Made by a program: the position numbers and the translations under genes. The notes below the pieces were generated by a model. That model made no database searches, had not been told where the DNA came from, and saw only the letters and a program-made list of their open reading frames with translations. From an uncultured delta proteobacterium (GTDB lineage Bacteria > Myxococcota_A > Polyangia > Polyangiales > Houyiibacteriaceae), in NCBI GenBank assembly GCA_963699755.1, contig CAVOVB010000001.1:256001-320000 (forward strand): DNA of 64,000 bases. The letters are read 5' to 3'. This document shows positions 58,888 through 64,000 of this stretch, in pieces (position 1 is the first letter of the stretch; each line of letters starts with the position of its first letter).

Positions 58888-59595
58888 TCAACGACCAAGG
58901 GCCGCACGCAAGCTGTCGGAGACGGCCTTTGTCACGAGTCGTCGGCTCTCGACGCTGCGAAGCACCCGCTGGTTGACCTCGAGCTCGATGCCCAGGTAGT
59001 GCTGCGAGCCGTGCCGCGCACGTAGGGATGTCGTGAACCCATCGGACTTGCCGAGATACGGGTAGTTGCGGCGGACTCGAACCCTCGGGGCGATCGTGCG
59101 CAGAGAGTCCTTCCATCGGCTGCAAAACACGCGTTCGGGCAGTCGCGACGGATCGTAGAGTAGCCCCACGTCGGCTGTTCGATCCCGCCCGTCGATCCTG
59201 GGGGCGAAGCTATGCACGCCGATGTGCACGACCTGCCGGCCGCGACGCGCTCGAGCTTCGATCCAGGATGCAACGGCATCTCGATGCGGAAAGTAGTACC
59301 TATCGAGCACGCGCGTGCGCTCCGATGCGTCGAGACCCCGCGAAAATTCGGAGAACAGCTCCGGATGCCCGGGCGAGCGATTTAGATCGACCAAGAGGCG
59401 GGTGACCTTGCTGGCGTGGAGCGTGACCCGGTGGCTGCGTTGGAGCGCGTGGGCTAGCGAAAGTGCACCGAGATCACTTCCCCGATGGCTAGAGAGCGCT
59501 CTGCGGGCGGCCCTGCTCTCGAACAAGCGCTGATACTCCACGGGAACCTCCGCTCCACCGTGCTCACAGCTCAGTACTAGCGCGTATTCGCTCAC
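58888..59595 (-). CDS. N-formylglutamate amidohydrolase family protein
   Basis: SCEHGG, H.G.D.GA, TRLLVDLNRS, YYFPH, VHSF, NYPY, ELEVNQ; GTG start overlaps the upstream stop. Confidence 0.88.
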   Translation of the reverse strand: MSEYALVLSCEHGGAEVPVEYQRLFESRAARRALSSHRGSDLGALSLAHALQRSHRVTLHASKVTRLLVDLNRSPGHPELFSEFSRGLDASERTRVLDRYYFPHRDAVASWIEARARRGRQVVHIGVHSFAPRIDGRDRTADVGLLYDPSRLPERVFCSRWKDSLRTIAPRVRVRRNYPYLGKSDGFTTSLRARHGSQHYLGIELEVNQRVLRSVESRRLVTKAVSDSLRAALGR

Positions 59596-60836
59596 GCCTC
59601 GCTCGAAAATGTCTGCCCATGAGCCAGGCAGTCGGCCAAGCGGAGATACACTTGGCGAAGGGCCTCCTGGCTTGGCTCCGGTCCGGCGGCGCGAAGGATG
59701 CGGCGCGCCAGGCAGCCCTGGCTCGAAATGACCCGCAAAGCGGCCGCTGCTTCCGCATGTTGCGGCCGATTTTCGATCTGAGTCTCGATCAAGTGTTGCC
59801 AAAGATCCCCGGCGCGCACAGGACCGCTCCCAGCAAGACCGAATGCTTCTAGGAATCTCGGATTGTCGATGATCGCATCGTCCGCGTCCGCAATCATCGA
59901 AAGGAGGATCTCTTCGAGCTCGGTCTCGTGCCAGGACCGTTGATCGGCGAGCGAGGTCCAGGTCTCCTCAACGAGTGCCCGCGTGACGGCGATCGCGGCA
60001 TGGGCGATGGCCAGATCCATCCTTGGGCACTCTTGCACATCGATGAGACGAATCTCCAATGCCATCCGGTCGAAACGCGCGATACAGCCGCGCGCGTTGA
60101 TCCACTCGTGTTGCAGTGTTCCCTCGGGGTCGAAGGGAGCCAGATCACGGTAGATCGACTCGAGGAGCGCCTGATAGTCGCGTCTTCGAAAGACCGCTTC
60201 GGGAATCACCCGGCCGCTCACGGACGGAATGCGCTCGGCATTGTGTCGATAAACCTCGAGTCGTGTATCGAGGTAACCGCTCGCTTGGCCATCGACGAAC
60301 GGAGAGCTCGCGGCCAATGCGGGCAGGATCGGCAGGAGCAATCGAATCGCCGCATGAAGTCGCTCGAGCTCGGCGTCGTTCGCGAACGGCAAGTTGATGT
60401 GCATGCTTTGGAGGTTCGACCAGCCATGCCCGCGGCAGTCGAAGACTCGGTGGAGCGCTTCGTAGATGACGTCGTCCTCGTGAGGCCAGAGCCGAAGCTC
60501 GTCCGTAGCCATCCACGGATGCATGGCGCTTGGAAGCAACCGCGCGCCCATGGGTCGGAGCAGGGCATCAATGGCTTCGATGTCTCGTTGAAAATCCTCG
60601 TGCAGATTGAGCAAGCTCGGCACCGGTCCGTTGGTCTTTAGCTCGATGAGATGCAGCGCCAGCTCGTTCGACCAGCGAAGGGCGCCCCGATCGACTTCCA
60701 TCTCGTAGTCGCCGGCCACCGCTTTCAAAAGCTCGTCCGCGATGGGCCGCACCGAAAGCGTCTTCGCGTCGACGATCATGTATTCGATCTCGATGCCAAC
60801 CGCGTCGAAAAGGTGAAGAGTCGGCGAAACGGTCAA
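59592..60836 (-). CDS. Glutamate--cysteine ligase family 2 (GCS2 / carboxylate-amine ligase)
   Basis: GIEIEYMIVD, SNEL..H.IE.KT, MHPWM, SMHIN, ASSPF, NARG..ARFDR.ALEIR..D.QE; TTG start overlaps the upstream stop. Confidence 0.88.
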   Translation of the reverse strand: MTVSPTLHLFDAVGIEIEYMIVDAKTLSVRPIADELLKAVAGDYEMEVDRGALRWSNELALHLIELKTNGPVPSLLNLHEDFQRDIEAIDALLRPMGARLLPSAMHPWMATDELRLWPHEDDVIYEALHRVFDCRGHGWSNLQSMHINLPFANDAELERLHAAIRLLLPILPALAASSPFVDGQASGYLDTRLEVYRHNAERIPSVSGRVIPEAVFRRRDYQALLESIYRDLAPFDPEGTLQHEWINARGCIARFDRMALEIRLIDVQECPRMDLAIAHAAIAVTRALVEETWTSLADQRSWHETELEEILLSMIADADDAIIDNPRFLEAFGLAGSGPVRAGDLWQHLIETQIENRPQHAEAAAALRVISSQGCLARRILRAAGPEPSQEALRQVYLRLADCLAHGQTFSSEA

Positions 60837-62284
60837 TGGCGACCTCGACGCTCGAGCCGATCGTAGATGCTTTGCATGATTGCGAGATAGAGGTCGTCCT
60901 TGAGAATCTCGTCTTCGGTACCCGCTTCGATGCTGGGGTTGTCGTTCACTTCCATGACGAGCAGACGACCGTCGACGTCCTTGATGTCGACGCCGTAGAG
61001 ACCATCCCCGATGAGCGCCGACGCACGTACGGCCAAAGCGACGATGGCTTTCGGCGCATCTTCGATTCGGAGCGTCTCGGTCTTGCCGTAGAGGCGCTCG
61101 CTCTTGCCCAAGGCCTTCTGAATCTGCCAGTGACCGCGTGCCATGTGGTATCGGCAGGCGTAGAGGGGTTTTTGATCGATGACTCCGATTCTCCAATCGA
61201 ATTCTGACGCGACGAACTCCTGAGCGATCACCAGCTCGGACTCCTGAAGGAACTGTTTCAGATGAGCTGCCAGCTCTGCCTCGTTATTCGCCTTCACCAC
61301 GCCTGCCGAGAACGAGCTGTCCGGCTTCTTGAGCACACAAGGCAAACCGAGCTTTTCAGCCACGCCGCTCGCGCTGTCACGATCGACTACGACAGTCTTG
61401 GGACAGTCGACGCCGTTCTGTTCGAAGAGCTCGGCTTGATAGACCTTGTTCGTACATCTGAGAATCGACTCCGGATCGTCGATGACCACGAGCCCTTCGG
61501 CTTCGGCTCTCCGCGCGAAACGATACGTATAGTGGTCAACCGCGGTCGTTTCGCGCAGGAACAACGCATCGAACTCCGCGATTCGCCCGAAGTCCTCTTT
61601 CCCCACGACCCAGGCATCCAGCCCCACTTTCTTGGCCGCGCGAATGAATCGTCCAATCGCCTTCGGGTCGGACGGGGCGTCGACCTCATCGGGGTTGACG
61701 AGGATCGCGAGGTCGTAGCGCGCTCGCTTCACTCCGGAGGGGCGAGGCCGATCGAAGAACCGCTTCGCTTGCTCGATGACGAACTCGCGGTGCGTTTCGG
61801 GGATCTCGTGCGATGCGATGACGCGCAGTTTCTCGAGTCTCCACTGGTCACCGCGAACGAATTCTGCACGCAGCAAGGGCGCGGGGAAGTGATTGAAGAG
61901 CGCGCGGCAGAGGCGATCGTAGCGCTTGGCCATGTTTCGGCCGAAGTAGATGCTGAGCACGAAGCGCTCACCCTTGATCGGGGCGAGCGTCTGTTGAAGC
62001 AAGAGCTCCGTTGTCTCCGAGGCGATGCGCACCATCGATGACTGGCGCAGGTCCTGCATGGTCATCACGGAGGGCAATGGCTTGTGTCCCCTAGCTGCCG
62101 CTAGAAGCGAGACGTAGTAGCCCGCACTCTGATAGCCGTAGCTCCGACAGAGATTGAAAACCTTGGCCCGTTTCATCTCGACGAATCTAGGATTCGTCAG
62201 ATAGTCCGAGGCAGCGACGACCTCGGTGCCCGGTATCTCGAGGGGCCAGCTTTGCGGCCGTTCGACGACGATGAGAGTGGTCAT
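60833..62284 (-). CDS. RimK-like ATP-grasp ligase with RLAN N-terminal domain
   Basis: NLCRSYGYQSAGYYVSLLA.ARGH..LP, FDALFLRETT, VIDDP.SI.RCTNK, KPDSSFS.GV, FDWRIG, EVNDNPSI. Confidence 0.9.
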   Translation of the reverse strand: MTTLIVVERPQSWPLEIPGTEVVAASDYLTNPRFVEMKRAKVFNLCRSYGYQSAGYYVSLLAAARGHKPLPSVMTMQDLRQSSMVRIASETTELLLQQTLAPIKGERFVLSIYFGRNMAKRYDRLCRALFNHFPAPLLRAEFVRGDQWRLEKLRVIASHEIPETHREFVIEQAKRFFDRPRPSGVKRARYDLAILVNPDEVDAPSDPKAIGRFIRAAKKVGLDAWVVGKEDFGRIAEFDALFLRETTAVDHYTYRFARRAEAEGLVVIDDPESILRCTNKVYQAELFEQNGVDCPKTVVVDRDSASGVAEKLGLPCVLKKPDSSFSAGVVKANNEAELAAHLKQFLQESELVIAQEFVASEFDWRIGVIDQKPLYACRYHMARGHWQIQKALGKSERLYGKTETLRIEDAPKAIVALAVRASALIGDGLYGVDIKDVDGRLLVMEVNDNPSIEAGTEDEILKDDLYLAIMQSIYDRLERRGRH

Positions 62285-63009
62285 GCCCGGGCGCCTACGC
62301 GATCTGGCTTCGGTGTGAGGACGAGGAGATTGGCGTCGTAGGTCATCACGCCGAGCGCAATCGCCGCGATCAAGCGGGACATCGGAACGCTGTATCGATG
62401 GCTTTGAAATCGCGGATTGTCATGCGAAGGGTCCGCCACGGTGACTTCACGCTTCTTTCGGTCATAGCCGCTCAAGACCACGAAGTGACCGACCGGCTCG
62501 CCCCTCAGATCATCGTAGTCGTCCTTGTGTTCCCTGGCGCAGCCGTAGAGATAGGTCGCGCTGAGGCCCGTGAGAATGGGAACCCCTCGGTTCAGGAAGC
62601 GTCGAATCAGGGCGGGACGTAGCTCCTCGAATCGGACGACACCTCCTAGGCTGAGGTAGTCGAGATACAAATCGGTCGAGAGTCTGAGCTTCTGGGTGCG
62701 CTTGTGCTTTCGCTGAGCCTCGAGGCGTTCGGCGAGATCGACGCCATCGGCGAACCAACTCGGATCGAACAACTGCAGATTGTAAGTGTAGATCTCGGCG
62801 TCGTACCCGCGCCGAAGCGCATGGGATGCGAGCGAGACCGCGAGCGTACCCCCCTCGGGCAAGGGCTTGACCTCGGTGACGAGCGCATCGAGTGGCACTT
62901 CGTCACGCCAATAGCGGTACACCGCGTGCAGGCAAGTCGGCCCGCAGGTCGTGTCTCCCGGTTGCGGAAGAATGTCCAGCTCGAGCTGGGCTCTATGTGG
63001 CCTTTTCAT
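62281..63009 (-). CDS. Peptidase C39-like (papain-fold) protein
   Basis: QP.DTTCGPTCL (Cys), GHFVVLSGYD (His), ADP (Asp); ATGA overlap with the ligase. Confidence 0.85.
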   Translation of the reverse strand: MKRPHRAQLELDILPQPGDTTCGPTCLHAVYRYWRDEVPLDALVTEVKPLPEGGTLAVSLASHALRRGYDAEIYTYNLQLFDPSWFADGVDLAERLEAQRKHKRTQKLRLSTDLYLDYLSLGGVVRFEELRPALIRRFLNRGVPILTGLSATYLYGCAREHKDDYDDLRGEPVGHFVVLSGYDRKKREVTVADPSHDNPRFQSHRYSVPMSRLIAAIALGVMTYDANLLVLTPKPDRVGARA

Positions 63010-63170
63010 ATCCGAAGGCGAAGGTATAGGACCAGGGCAAGGGGCTCGCCCCGGGTTCGTCTTTCACCAGAGGATTACTCGGATCGAGCTCGGGCTGAGC
63101 ATATTAGCACCTTGCTTGCCGATGCGCTCGGCTCCTGAGCTCGTCACCGGGCTGCGTGCGCCCTGCGCGG

Positions 63171-63998
63171 TCAGCCCTGTCCTTGGGCAAGCGAGTAACC
63201 CTGTGCGCCATCGATTTCGCGCAACCACTCGGCGCCACAAAGCCGAAACCGTTCGCCGACAGCTGCGAGTTGCGAGACGATTTCGTGCTGTGACACCCGT
63301 CCCTCCCTCTCGAACCTCGCCCGGTAGTGATTCACGCAATCGGTGTACGCCGAGCTGACTGGCGACACCTGCGTGCCGCGATTGGAGATCATCGTCAGCT
63401 CGAGCCCGCCGCCAAGCTCAGCAAGCTCCGCCTCGACTCGTTTGGGGGGCAAGCCGGATTCGAGAAACACGTCGACGCCCCGCAGCAAGGTGCTCTCGGG
63501 CGCGGGAGTCACCCGCATCATCGGCTCTGTTCGACGCCGAACTTCGAGACGAGGCAATTGCTCCTGGGGAATGTGGAGGCCCTCGAGCGCGTCGAGCATC
63601 CTCTCGGTGAACACGGATGTCCGGAAGAGCGGGATCGGCTGACCGAGATCGGGCCGCTTGTGCATCGCGCGCAGGGTCTGTTCGAGCGCTTTCTCGATGA
63701 CCGACGCGTGTGTAACCAGGCCGAGGTGCCGAAGCATCATCGTGCCGCTCAACAGGAGCGCCGTGGGATTGGCCGCGTCTGTTCCGACAATGTCGGGTGC
63801 GGTTCCGTGCACCGCTTCGAAGATGCAGATTCCGTCCCCGATGTTGGCCGACGGCGCGTACGCCAGTCCGCCGACGAGCCCCGCGGCGAGGTCTGTGATG
63901 ATGTCTCCCTGAAGATTCGGCAGGACCACCACTTCGAACTCCGACGGGTCGAGAACCAGACGCATGGCGAGTGCGTCCACGATGACATCGTCGGCTTC
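63171..63998 (-). CDS. icd: Isocitrate/isopropylmalate dehydrogenase family enzyme (ICD with C-terminal extension), 5'-truncated by window
   Basis: PNLQGDIITDL, APSANIG, FEAVHGTAPDI, ANPTALL, GVDVF, MISNRG, GYSLAQGQ. Confidence 0.85.
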   Translation of the reverse strand, partial: EADDVIVDALAMRLVLDPSEFEVVVLPNLQGDIITDLAAGLVGGLAYAPSANIGDGICIFEAVHGTAPDIVGTDAANPTALLLSGTMMLRHLGLVTHASVIEKALEQTLRAMHKRPDLGQPIPLFRTSVFTERMLDALEGLHIPQEQLPRLEVRRRTEPMMRVTPAPESTLLRGVDVFLESGLPPKRVEAELAELGGGLELTMISNRGTQVSPVSSAYTDCVNHYRARFEREGRVSQHEIVSQLAAVGERFRLCGAEWLREIDGAQGYSLAQGQG

Positions 63999-64000
63999 GA

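Overview
High-GC bacterial DNA with a strong myxobacterial (Myxococcota/Polyangia-like) signature: a MYXO-CTERM tail, many Gly-rich and Cys-rich lipoproteins, a PEGA-type protein, a Ser/Thr kinase and a sigma54 enhancer-binding protein. The taxonomy is inferred from gene content only. About 55 CDS were called; no rRNA, tRNA or CRISPR array was recognised. Main blocks: (i) 0.6-9.8 kb, an ALDH3-type aldehyde dehydrogenase, Uup, an EEP-fold lipoprotein and a translationally coupled FGGY kinase + sphingosine-1-phosphate-lyase-like pair, a candidate sphingoid-base catabolic route; (ii) 10-21.6 kb, a minus-strand run of ArfB, EF-G-like, RluA, SMR and an MscS-like/CBS/MgtE/CorC/RimB/RimK/AstE cluster; (iii) a nitrilase-fold + propeller lipoprotein with Ser at the catalytic Cys position, a deleted GST, a TMTC-like GT-C and a RAYT-type transposase broken by one in-frame TAG and flanked by hairpins; (iv) a PEGA/sigma54-EBP/kinase block followed by a DUF11-type surface lipoprotein with identical 729-bp tandem repeats; (v) housekeeping and accessory enzymes; (vi) a sigma54-promoter-preceded VIT-vWA + exosortase K operon whose putative substrate ends in a GSEP-TM-RR tail; (vii) a fully coupled C39 peptidase / RimK-like ligase / GCS2 ligase / N-formylglutamate amidohydrolase operon; and the 3' part of an isocitrate dehydrogenase. 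All calls come from motif reading without database searches.
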